Assembly (NCBI GenBank): GCA_964016885.1
Contig: OZ024743.1
Coordinates: forward strand, 321,594,001-321,658,000
DNA length: 64,000 bases
Origin: Eledone cirrhosa
Lineage: Eukaryota
Direction of reading: 5' to 3'
The notes beneath the pieces are model-generated. The model saw nothing but the letters and a program-made list of their open reading frames with translations, was not told the origin of the DNA and did not search any database. Both the position numbers and the translations under genes were made by a program. Position 1 is the stretch's first letter. The number at the start of each line of letters is the position of its first letter. Shown here piece by piece: positions 41,330-54,680 of the stretch.

Positions 41330-44300
41330 AGCTACACAGCAACATTGTGCTGAAGAGGAGCTACACAGCAACATTGTGCTGAAGTGGAGCCACACAGCAA
41401 CATTGTGTTGAAGTGGAGCTTCAAAGCAACATTGTGCTGAAGTGGAGCCACACAGCAACATAGTGTTGAAGTGGTGCCACACAGCAACATTGTGCTGAAG
41501 TGGACCCACACACCAACATTGTGCTGAAGTGGCGTCACACAGCAACATTGTGTTGAAGTGGAGCCACACAGCAACATTGTGTTGAAGGGGACCCACACAG
41601 CAACATTGTGTTGAAGTGGAGCCACACAGCAACATAGTGCTGAAGTGGAGCTACACAGCAACATTGTGTTGAAGTGGAGCCACACAGCAACATTGTGTTC
41701 AAGTGGAGCCACATAGCAACATTGTGTTGAAGTGGAGACACACAGCAACATTGTGTTGAAGTGGAGCCACACAGCAACATTGTGTTGAAGTGGTGCCACA
41801 TAGCAACATTGTGTTGAAGTGGAACCACACAGCAACATTGTTTTGAAGTGGTGCCAAACAGCAACATTGTGTTGAAGTGGAACCACACAGCAACATTGTG
41901 CTGAAGTGGAGCCACACAGCAACATTGTGTTGAAGTGGAGCCACACAGCAACATTGTGTTCAAGTGGAGCCACATAGCAACATTGTGTTGAAGTGGAGCC
42001 ACACATCAACATTGTGTTGAAGTGGAGCCACACAACAACATTGTGTTGAAGTGGAGCCACATAGCAACATTGTGTTGAAGTGGAGACACACAGCAACATT
42101 GTGTTGAAGTGGAGTCACACAGCAACATTGTGTTGAAGTGGAGCCACACGGCAATATTGTGTTGAAGTGGACCCACACAGCAACATTGTGTTGAAGTGGA
42201 GCCACACATCAACATTGTGTTGAAGTGGAGCCACACAGCAACGTTGTGTTGAAGTGGAGCCACACAGCAACATTAGTGCTGAAGTGGAGCGACATAGCAA
42301 CATTGTCCTGAAGTGGAGCCACATAGCAACATTGTCCTGAAGTGGAGCTACACAGCAACATTGTGCTGAAGTGGCGCCACACAGCAACATTGTGTTGAAG
42401 TGGAGCCACACAGCAACATTGTGTTGAAGGGGACCCACACAGCAACATTGTGTTGAAGTGGAGCCACACAGCAACATTGTGTTGAAGTGGAGCCACACAG
42501 CAATATTGTTGCTGAAGTGGATCTACACGGCAACATTGTGTTGAAGTAGAGCCACACAGCAACATTGTGTTCAAGTGGAGCCACATAGCAACATTGTGTT
42601 GAAGTGGAGACACACAGCAACATTGTGTTGAAGTGGAGCCACACAGCAACATTGTGTTGAAGTGGTGCCACATAGCAACATTGTGTTGAAGTGGAGACAC
42701 ACAGCAACATTGTGTTGAAGTGGAGTCTCACAGCAACATTGTGTTGAAGTGGAGCCACACAGAAAAATTGTGTTGAAGTGAACCCACACAGCAATATTGT
42801 GTTGAAGTGGAGCCACACATCAACATTGTGTTGAAGTGGAGCCACACAGCAACATTGTGTTGAAGTGGAGCCACACAGCAACATTGTGTTGAAGTTGAGC
42901 CACACAGCAATATTGTGTTGAAGGGGACCCACACAGCAACATTGTGTTGAAGTGGAGCCACACAGCAACATTGTGTTGAAGTGGAGCAACACAGCAACAT
43001 TGTGTTGAAGTGGACCCACACAGCAACATCGTGTTGAAGTGGAGACACACAGCAACATTGTGTTGAAGGGGAGCCACACAGCAACATTGTGTTGAAGTGG
43101 AGCCACACAGCAACATTGTGCTGAAGTGGAGCTACACAGCAACATTGTGCTGGAGTGGAGCTACACAGCAACATTGTGCTGAAGTGGAGTCACACAGCAA
43201 CATTGTGTTGAAGTGGAACCACACAGCAACATTGTGCTGAAGTGGAGCCACACAGCAACATTGTGTTGAAGTGGAGCCACGAAGCAACATTGTGTTCAAG
43301 TGGAGCCACATAGCAAGATTGTGTTGAAGTGGAGCCACACATCAACATTGTGTTGAAGTGGAGCCACACAGCAACATCGTGTTGAAGTGGAGCAACACAG
43401 CAACATTGTGTTGAAGTGGAGCCACACAGCAACATTGTGTTGAAGTGGAGCCACACAGCAACATTGTGCTGAAGTGGAGCCACATAGCAACATTGTCCTG
43501 AAGTGGAGCCACATAGCAACATTGTCCTGAAGTGGAGCTACACATCAACATTGTGCTGAAGAGGAGCTACACAGCAACATTGTGCTGAAGTGGAGCCACA
43601 CAGCAACATTGTGTTGAAGTGGAGCTTCACAGCAACATTGTGCTGAAGTGGAGCCACACAGCAACATTGTGTTGAAGTGGTGCCACACAGCAACATTGTG
43701 CTGAAGTGGACCCACACACCAACATTGTGCTGAAGTGGCGTCACACAGCAACATTGTGTTGAAGTGGAGCCACACAGCAACATTGTGTTGAAGGGGACCC
43801 ACACAGCAACATTGTGTTGAAGTGGAGCCACACAGCAACATTGTGTTCAAGTGGAGCCACATAGCAACATTGTGTTGAAGTGGAGACACACAGCAACATT
43901 GTGTTGAAGTGGAGCCACACAGCAACATTGTGTTGAAGTGGTGCCACATAGCAACATTGTGTTGAAGTGGAACCACACAGCAACATTGTTTTGAAGTGGT
44001 GCCAAACAGCAACATTGTGTTGAAGTGGAACCACACAGCAACATTGTGCTGAAGTGGAGCCACACAGCAACATTGTGTTGAAGTGGAGCCACACAGCAAC
44101 ATTGTGTTCAAGTGGAGCCACATAGCAACATTGTGTTGAAGTGGAGCCACACATCAACATTGTGTTGAAGTGGAGCCACACAACAACATTGTGTTGAAGT
44201 GGAGCCACATAGCAACATTGTGTTGAAGTGGAGACACACAGCAACATTGTGTTGAAGTGGAGTCACACAGCAACATTGTGTTGAAGTGGAGCCACACGGC

Positions 44301-47300
44301 AATATTGTGTTGAAGTGGACCCACACAGCAACATTGTGTTGAAGTGGAGCCACACATCAACATTGTGTTGAAGTGGAGCCACACAGCAACGTTGTGTTGA
44401 AGTGGAGCCACACAGCAACATTAGTGCTGAAGTGGAGCGACATAGCAACATTGTCCTGAAGTGGAGCCACATAGCAACATTGTCCTGAAGTGGAGCTACA
44501 CAGCAACATTGTGCTGAAGTGGCGCCACACAGCAACATTGTGTTGAAGTGGAGCCACACAGCAACATTGTGTTGAAGGGGACCCACACAGCAACATTGTG
44601 TTGAAGTGGAGCCACACAGCAACATTGTGTTGAAGTGGAGCCACACAGCAATATTGTTGCTGAAGTGGATCTACACAGCAACATCGTGTTGAAGTAGAGC
44701 CACACAGCAACATTGTGTTCAAGTGGAGCCACATAGCAACATTGTGTTGAAGTGGAGACACACAGCAACATTGTGTTGAAGTGGAGCCACACAGCAACAT
44801 TGTGTTGAAGTGGTGCCACATAGCAACATTGTGTTGAAGTGGAGACACACAGCAACATTGTGTTGAAGTGGAGTCTCACAGCAACATTGTGTTGAAGTGG
44901 AGCCACACAGAAAAATTGTGTTGAAGTGAACCCACACAGCAATATTGTGTTGAAGTGGAGCCACACATCAACATTGTGTTGAAGTGGAGCCACACAGCAA
45001 CATTGTGTTGAAGTGGAGCCACACAGCAACATTGTGTTGAAGTTGAGCCACACAGCAATATTGTGTTGAAGGGGACCCACACAGCAACATTGTGTTGAAG
45101 TGGAGCCACACAGCAACATTGTGTTGAAGTGGAGCAACACAGCAACATTGTGTTGAAGTGGACCCACACAGCAACATCGTGTTGAAGTGGAGACACACAG
45201 CAACATTGTGTTGAAGGGGAGCCACACAGCAACATTGTGTTGAAGTGGAGCCACACAGCAATATTGCTTTGAAGTGGAACGTCACAGCAACATTGTGTTG
45301 AAGTGGAGGCCACACAGCAACATTGTGCTGAAGTGGAGCTACACAGCAACATTGTGCTGGAGTGGAGCTACACAGCAACATTGTGCTGAAGTGGAGTCAC
45401 ACAGCAACATTGTGTTGAAGTGGAACCACACAGCAACATTGTGCTGAAGTGGAGCCACACAGCAACATTGTGTTGAAGTGGAGCCACGAAGCAACATTGT
45501 GTTCAAGTGGAGCCACATAGCAAGATTGTGTTGAAGTGGAGCCACACATCAACATTGTGTTGAAGTGGAGCCACACAGCAACATCGTGTTGAAGTGGAGC
45601 AACACAGCAACATTGTGTTGAAGTGGAGCCACACAGCAACATTGTGTTGAAGTGGAGCCACACAGCAACATTGTGCTGAAGTGGAGCCACATAGCAACAT
45701 TGTCCTGAAGTGGAGCCACATAGCAACATTGTCCTGAAGTGGAGCTACACAGCAACATTGTGCTGAAGAGGAGCTACACAGCAACATTGTGCTGAAGTGG
45801 AGCCACACAGCAACATTGTGTTGAAGTGGAGCTTCACAGCAACATTGTGCTGAAGTGGAGCCACACAGCAACATTGTGTTGAAGTGGTGCCACACAGCAA
45901 CATTGTGCTGAAGTGGACCCACACACCAACATTGTGCTGAAGTGGCGTCACACAGCAACATTGTGTTGAAGTGGAGCCACACAGCAACATTGTGTTGAAG
46001 GGGACCCACACAGCAACATTGTGTTGAAGTGGAGCCACACAGCAACATTGTGTTGAAGTGGAGCCACACAGCAACATTGTGCTGAAGTGGAGCCACACAG
46101 CAACATTGTGCTGAAGTGGAGTCACACCGCAACATTGTGTTGAAGTGGAGTCACACAGCAATATTGTGTTGACGTGGAGCCACACAGCAACATTGTGTTG
46201 AAGTGGAGCTACACAGCAACATTGTGCTGGAGTGGAGCTACACAGCAACATTGTGCTGAAGTGGAGTCACACAGCAACATTGTGTTGAAGTGGAGCTACA
46301 CAGCAACATTGTGCTGAAGTGGAGCCACACAGCAACATTGTGTTGAAATGGTGCCACACAGCAACATTGTGTTGAAGTGGAACCACACAGCAACATTGTG
46401 CTGAAGTGGAGCCACACAGCAACATTGTGTTGAAGTGGACCTACACAGCAACATTGTGTTGAAGTGGAGCCACACATCAACATTGTGTTGAAGTGGAGCC
46501 ACACAGCAACATTGTGTTGAAGTGGAGCCACACAGCAACATTGTGTTGAAGTGGAGCCACATAGCAACATTGTGTTGAAGTGGAGACACACAGCAACATT
46601 GTGTTGAAGTGGAGTCACACAGCAACATTGTGTTGAAGTGGAGTCACACAGCGACATTGTGTTGAAGTGGAGCCACATACCAACATTGTGTTGAAGTGGA
46701 GGCCACACAGCAACATTGTGCTGAAGTGGAGCTACACAGCAACATTGTGCTGAAGTGGAGTCACACAGCAACATTGTGTTGAAGTGGAGCCACACAGCAA
46801 CATTGTGCTGAAGTGGAGCCACACAGCAACATTGTGCTGAAGTGGAGCTACACAGCAACATTGTGCTGAAGTGGAGTCACACCGCAACATTGTGTTGAAG
46901 TGGAGTCACACAGCAATATTGTGTTGACGTGGAGCCACACAGCAACATTGTGTTGAAGTGGACCTACACAGCAACATTGTGTTGAAGTGGAGCCAAACAG
47001 CGCAACATTGTGTTGAAGTAGAGCCACATAGCAGCATTGTCCTGAAGTGGAACCACACAGCAACATTAGTGCTGAAGTGGAGCCACATAGCAACATTGTC
47101 CTGAAGTGGAGCCACATAGCAACATTGTCCTGAAGTGGAGCTACACAGCAACATTGTGCTGAAGTGGCGCCACACAGCAACATTGTGTTGAAGTGGAGCC
47201 ACACAGCAACATTGTGTTGAAGGGGACCCACACATCAACATTGTGTTGAAGTGGAGCCACACAGCAACATTGTGTTGAAGTGGAGCCACACAGCAACATT

Positions 47301-49640
47301 GTGCTGAAGTGGAGCTACACAGCAACATTGTGTTGAAGTGGAGCCACACAGCAACATTGTGTTCAAGTGGAGCCACATAGCAACATTGTGTTGAAGTGGA
47401 GACACACAGCAACATTGTGTTGAAGTGGAGCCACACAGCAACATTGTGTTGAAGTGGTGCCACATAGCAACATTGTGTTGAAGTGGAGACACACAGCAAC
47501 ATTGTGCTGAAGTGGAGCCACATAGCAACATTGTTCTGAAGTGGAGCCACATAGCAACATTGTCCTGAAGTGGAGCCACACAGCAACATTGTGTTGAAGG
47601 GGACCCACACAGCAACATTGTGTTGAAGTGGAGCCACACAGCAACATAGTGCTGAAGTGGAGCTACACAGCAACATTGTGTTGAAGTGGAGCCACACAGC
47701 AACATTGTGTTCAAGTGGAGCCACATAGCAACATTGTGTTGAAGTGGAGACACACAGCAACATTGTGTTGAAGTGGAGCCACACAGCAACATTGTGTTGA
47801 AGTGGTGCCACATAGCAACATTGTGTTGAAGTGGAACCACACAGCAACATTGTTTTGAAGTGGTGCCAAACAGCAACATTGTGTTGAAGTGGAACCACAC
47901 AGCAACATTGTGCTGAAGTGGAGCCACACAGCAACATTGTGTTGAAGTGGAGCCACACATCAACATTGTGTTCAAGTGGAGCCACATAGCAACATTGTGT
48001 TGAAGTGGAGCCACACATCAACATTGTGTTGAAGTGGAGCCACACAACAACATTGTGTTGAAGTGGAGCCACATAGCAACATTGTGTTGAAGTGGAGACA
48101 CACAGCAACATTGTGTTGAAGTGGAGTCACACAGCAACATTGTGTTGAAGTGGAGCCACACGGCAATATTGTGTTGAAGTGGACCCACACAGCAACATTG
48201 TGTTGAAGTGGAGCCACACATCAACATTGTGTTGAAGTGGAGCCACACAGCAACGTTGTGTTGAAGTGGAGCCACACAGCAACATTAGTGCTGAAGTGGA
48301 GCGACATAGCAACATTGTCCTGAAGTGGAGCCACATAGCAACATTGTCCTGAAGTGGAGCTACACAGCAACATTGTGCTGAAGTGGCGCCACACAGCAAC
48401 ATTGTGTTGAAGTGGAGCCACACAGCAACATTGTGTTGAAGGAGACCCACACAGCAACATTGTGTTGAAGTGGAGCCACACAGCAACATTGTGTTGAAGT
48501 GGAGCCACACAGCAATATTGTTGCTGAAGTGGATCTACACAGTAACATTGTGTTGAAGTAGAGCCACACAGCAACATTGTGTTCAAGTGGAGCCACATAG
48601 CAACATTGTGTTGAAGTGGAGACACACAGCAACATTGTGTTGAAGTGGAGCCACACAGCAACATTGTGTTGAAGTGGTGCCACATAGCAACATTGTGTTG
48701 AAGTGGAGACACACAGCAACATTGTGTTGAAGTGGAGTCTCACAGCAACATTGTGTTGAAGTGGAGCCACACAGAAAAATTGTGTTGAAGTGAACCCACA
48801 CAGCAATATTGTGTTGAAGTGGAGCCACACATCAACATTGTGTTGAAGTGGAGCCACACAGCAACATTGTGTTGAAGTGGAGCCACACAGCAACATTGTG
48901 TTGAAGTTGAGCCACACAGCAATATTGTGTTGAAGGGGACCTACACAGCAACATTGTGTTGAAGTGGAGCCACACAGCAACATTGTGTTGAAGTGGAGCA
49001 ACACAGCAACATTGTGTTGAAGTGGACCCACACAGCAACATCGTGTTGAAGTGGAGACACACAGCAACATTGTGTTGAAGGGGAGCCACACAGCAACATT
49101 GTGTTGAAGTGGAGCCACACAGCAATATTGCGTTGAAGTGGAACGTCACAGCAACATTGTGTTGAAGTGGAGGCCACACAGCAACATTGTGCTGAAGTGG
49201 AGCTACACAGCAACATTGTGCTGGAGTGGAGCTACACAGCAACATTGTGCTGAAGTGGAGTCACACAGCAACATTGTGTTGAAGTGGAACCACACAGCAA
49301 CATTGTGCTGAAGTGGAGCCACACAGCAACATTGTGTTGAAGTGGAGCCACGAAGCAACATTGTGTTCAAGTGGAGCCACATAGCAACATTGTGTTCAAG
49401 TGGAGCCACACATCAACATTGTGTTGAAGTGGAGCCACACAGCAACATCGTGTTGAAGTGGAGCAACACAGCAACATTGTGTTGAAGTGGAGCCACACAG
49501 CAACATTGTGTTGAAGTGGAGCCACACACCAACATTGTGCTGAAGTGGAGCCACATAGCAACATTGTCCTGAAGTGGAGCCACATAGCAACATTGTCCTG
49601 AAGTGGAGCTACACAGCAACATTGTGCTGAAGAGGAGCTA
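41330..49640. repeat. Three copies of a ~2.1-2.2 kb block (~41.3-43.5, ~43.5-45.75 and ~47.6-49.6 kb)
   Basis: The rare +1 monomer CAATATTGTTGCTG occurs at 42504, 44652 and 48516 (offsets 2148 and 3864). ORFs 41960..42205, 44108..44353 and 47972..48217 have identical translations. Confidence 0.85.
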
Positions 49641-52600
49641 CACAGCAACATTGTGCTGAAGTGGAGCCACACAGCAACATTGTGTTGAAGTGGAGCTTCA
49701 CAGCAACATTGTGCTGAAGTGGAGCCACACAGCAACATTGTGTTGAAGTGGTGCCACACAGCAACATTGTGCTGAAGTGGACCCACACACCAACATTGTG
49801 CTGAAGTGGCGTCACACAGCAACATTGTGTTGAAGTGGAGCCACACAGCAACATTGTGTTGAAGGGGACCCACACAGCAACATTGTGTTGAAGTGGAGCC
49901 ACACAGCAACATTGTGTTGAAGTGGAGCCACACAGCAACATTGTGCTGAAGTGGAGCCACACAGCAACATTGTGCTGAAGTGGAGCTACACAGCAACATT
50001 GTGCTGAAGTGGAGTCACACCGCAACATTGTGTTGAAGTGGAGTCACACAGCAATATTGTGTTGACGTGGAGCCACACAGCAACATTGTGTTGAAGTGGA
50101 GCTACACAGCAACATTGTGCTGGAGTGGAGCTACACAGCAACATTGTGCTGAAGTGGAGTCACACAGCAACATTGTGTTGAAGTGGAGCTACACAGCAAC
50201 ATTGTGCTGAAGTGGAGCCACACAGCAACATTGTGTTGAAATGGTGCAACACAGCAACATTGTGTTGAAGTGGAACCACACAGCAACATTGTGCTGAAGT
50301 GGAGCCACACAGCAACATTGTGTTGAAGTGGAGCCACGAAGCAACATTGTGTTCAAGTGGAGCCACATAGCAACATTGTGTTGAAGTGGAGCCACACATC
50401 AACATTGTGTTGAAGTGGAGCCACACAGCAACATTGTGTTGAAGTGGAGCCACACAGCAACATTGTGTTGAAGTGGAGCCACATAGCAACATTGTGTTGA
50501 AGTGGAGACACACAGCAACATTGTGTTGAAGTGGAGTCACACAGCAACATTGTGTTGAAGTGGAGTCACACAGCGACATTGTGTTGAAGTGGAGCCACAT
50601 ACCAACATTGTGTTGAAGTGGAGGCCACACAGCAACATTGTGCTGAAGTGGAGCTACACAGCAAAATTGTGCTGAAGTGGAGTCACACAGCAACATTGTG
50701 TTGAAGTGGAGCCACACAGCAACATTGTGCTGAAGTGGAGCCACACAGCAACATTGTGCTGAAGTGGAGCTACACAGCAACATTGTGCTGAAGTGGAGTC
50801 ACACCGCAACATTGTGTTGAAGTGGAATCACACAGCAATATTGTGTTGACGTGGAGCCACACAGCAACATTGTGTTGAAGTGGACCTACACAGCAACATT
50901 GTGTTGAAGTGGAGCCAAACAGCGCAACATTGTGTTGAAGTAGAGCCACATAGCAGCATTGTCCTGAAGTGGAACCACACAGCAACATTAGTGCTGAAGT
51001 GGAGCCACATAGCAACATTGTCCTGAAGTGGAGCCACATAGCAACATTGTCCTGAAGTGGAGCTACACAGCAACATTGTGCTGAAGTGGCGCCACACAGC
51101 AACATTGTGTTGAAGTGGAGCCACACAGCAACATTGTGTTGAAGGGGACCCACACATCAACATTGTGTTGAAGTGGAGCCACACAGCAACATTGTGTTGA
51201 AGTGGAGCCACACAGCAACATTGTGCTGAAGTGGAGCTACACAGCAACATTGTGTTGAAGTGGAGCCACACAGCAACATTGTGTTCAAGTGGAGCCACAT
51301 AGCAACATTGTGTTGAAGTGGAGACACACAGCAACATTGTGTTGAAGTGGAGCCACACAGCAACATTGTGTTGAAGTGGTGCCACATAGCAACATTGTGT
51401 TGAAGTGGAGACACACAGCAACATTGTGCTGAAGTGGAGCCACATAGCAACATTGTTCTGAAGTGGAGCCACATAGCAACATTGTCCTGAAGTGGAGCTA
51501 CACAGCAACATTGTGCTGAAGAGGAGCTACACAGCAACATTGTGTTGAAGTGGAGCTTCACAGCAACATTGTGCTGAAGTGGAGCCACACAGCAACATTG
51601 TGTTGAAGTGGTGCCACACAGCAACATTGTGCTGAAGTGGACCCACACACCAACATTGTGCTGAAGTGGCGCCACACAGCAACATTGTGTTGAAGTGGAG
51701 CCACACAGCAACATTGTGTTGAAGTGGTGCCACATAGCAACATTGTGTTGAAGTGGAGACACACAGCAACATTGTGTTGAAGTGGAGTCTCACAGCAACA
51801 TTGTGTTGAAGTGGACCCACACAGCAATATTGTGTTGAAGTGGAGCCACACATCAACATTGTGTTGAAGTGGAGCCACACAGCAACATTGTGTTGAAGTG
51901 GAGCCACACAGCAACATTGTGTTGAAGTGGAGCCACACAGCAACATTGTGTTGAAGTGGAGGCCACACAGCAACATTGTGCTGAAGTGGAGCTACACAGC
52001 AACATTGTGCTGGAGTGGAGCTACACAGCAACATTGTGCTGAAGTGGAGTCACACAGCAACATTGTGTTGAAGTGGAACCACACAGCAACATTGTGCTGA
52101 AGTGGAGCCACACAGCAACATTGTGTTGAAGTGGAGCCACGAAGCAACATTGTGTTCAAGTGGAGCCACATAGCAACATTGTGTTCAAGTGGAGCCGCAC
52201 ATCAACATTGTGTTGAAGTGGAGCCACACAGCAACATCGTGTTGAAGTGGAGCAACACAGCAACATTGTGTTGAAGTGGAGCCACACAGCAACATTGTGT
52301 TGAAGTGGAGCCACACACCAACATTGTGCTGAAGTGGAGCCACATAGCAACATTGTCCTGAAGTGGAGCCACATAGCAACATTGTCCTGAAGTGGAGCTA
52401 CACAGCAACATTGTGCTGAAGAGGAGCTACACAGCAACATTGTGCTGAAGTGGAGCCACACAGCAACATTGTGTTGAAGTGGAGCTTCACAGCAACATTG
52501 TGCTGAAGTGGAGCCACACAGCAACATTGTGTTGAAGTGGTGCCACACAGCAACATTGTGCTGAAGTGGACCCACACACCAACATTGTGCTGAAGTGGCG

Positions 52601-54680
52601 TCACACAGCAACATTGTGTTGAAGTGGAGCCACACAGCAACATTGTGTTGAAGGGGACCCACACAGCAACATTGTGTTGAAGTGGAGCCACACAGCAACA
52701 TTGTGTTGAAGTGGAGCCACACAGCAACATTGTGCTGAAGTGGAGCCACACAGCAACATTGTGCTGAAGTGGAGCTACACAGCAACATTGTGCTGAAGTG
52801 GAGTCACACCGCAACATTGTGTTGAAGTGGAGTCACACAGCAATATTGTGTTGACGTGGAGCCACACAGCAACATTGTGTTGAAGTGGAGCTACACAGCA
52901 ACATTGTGCTGGAGTGGAGCTACACAGCAACATTGTGCTGAAGTGGAGTCACACAGCAACATTGTGTTGAAGTGGAGCTACACAGCAACATTGTGCTGAA
53001 GTGGAGCCACACAGCAACATTGTGTTGAAATGGTGCAACACAGCAACATTGTGTTGAAGTGGAACCACACAGCAACATTGTGCTGAAGTGGAGCCACACA
53101 GCAACATTGTGTTGAAGTGGAGCCACGAAGCAACATTGTGTTCAAGTGGAGCCACATAGCAACATTGTGTTGAAGTGGAGCCACACATCAACATTGTGTT
53201 GAAGTGGAGCCACACAGCAACATTGTGTTGAAGTGGAGCCACACAGCAACATTGTGTTGAAGTGGAGCCACATAGCAACATTGTGTTGAAGTGGAGACAC
53301 ACAGCAACATTGTGTTGAAGTGGAGTCACACAGCAACATTGTGTTGAAGTGGAGTCACACAGCGACATTGTGTTGAAGTGGAGCCACATACCAACATTGT
53401 GTTGAAGTGGAGGCCACACAGCAACATTGTGCTGAAGTGGAGCTACACAGCAAAATTGTGCTGAAGTGGAGTCACACAGCAACATTGTGTTGAAGTGGAG
53501 CCACACAGCAACATTGTGCTGAAGTGGAGCCACACAGCAACATTGTGCTGAAGTGGAGCTACACAGCAACATTGTGCTGAAGTGGAGTCACACCGCAACA
53601 TTGTGTTGAAGTGGAATCACACAGCAATATTGTGTTGACGTGGAGCCACACAGCAACATTGTGTTGAAGTGGACCTACACAGCAACATTGTGTTGAAGTG
53701 GAGCCAAACAGCGCAACATTGTGTTGAAGTAGAGCCACATAGCAGCATTGTCCTGAAGTGGAACCACACAGCAACATTAGTGCTGAAGTGGAGCCACATA
53801 GCAACATTGTCCTGAAGTGGAGCCACATAGCAACATTGTCCTGAAGTGGAGCTACACAGCAACATTGTGCTGAAGTGGCGCCACACAGCAACATTGTGTT
53901 GAAGTGGAGCCACACAGCAACATTGTGTTGAAGGGGACCCACACATCAACATTGTGTTGAAGTGGAGCCACACAGCAACATTGTGTTGAAGTGGAGCCAC
54001 ACAGCAACATTGTGCTGAAGTGGAGCTACACAGCAACATTGTGTTGAAGTGGAGCCACACAGCAACATTGTGTTCAAGTGGAGCCACATAGCAACATTGT
54101 GTTGAAGTGGAGACACACAGCAACATTGTGTTGAAGTGGAGCCACACAGCAACATTGTGTTGAAGTGGTGCCACATAGCAACATTGTGTTGAAGTGGAGA
54201 CACACAGCAACATTGTGCTGAAGTGGAGCCACATAGCAACATTGTTCTGAAGTGGAGCCACATAGCAACATTGTCCTGAAGTGGAGCTACACAGCAACAT
54301 TGTGCTGAAGAGGAGCTACACAGCAACATTGTGTTGAAGTGGAGCTTCACAGCAACATTGTGCTGAAGTGGAGCCACACAGCAACATTGTGTTGAAGTGG
54401 TGCCACACAGCAACATTGTGCTGAAGTGGACCCACACACCAACATTGTGCTGAAGTGGCGCCACACAGCAACATTGTGTTGAAGTGGAGCCACACAGCAA
54501 CATTGTGTTGAAGTGGTGCCACATAGCAACATTGTGTTGAAGTGGAGACACACAGCAACATTGTGTTGAAGTGGAGTCTCACAGCAACATTGTGTTGAAG
54601 TGGACCCACACAGCAATATTGTGTTGAAGTGGAGCCACACATCAACATTCTGTTGAAGTGGAGCCACACAGCAACATTGT
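49150..54680. repeat. Tandem duplication of a 2789-bp (96-monomer) block
   Basis: ORF pairs 49367..49999 / 52156..52788, 50160..50783 / 52949..53572 and 51157..51762 / 53946..54551 are all offset by 2789 = 96 x 29 + 5, matching the four insertion monomers (+1, +1, +2, +1). Confidence 0.9.
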
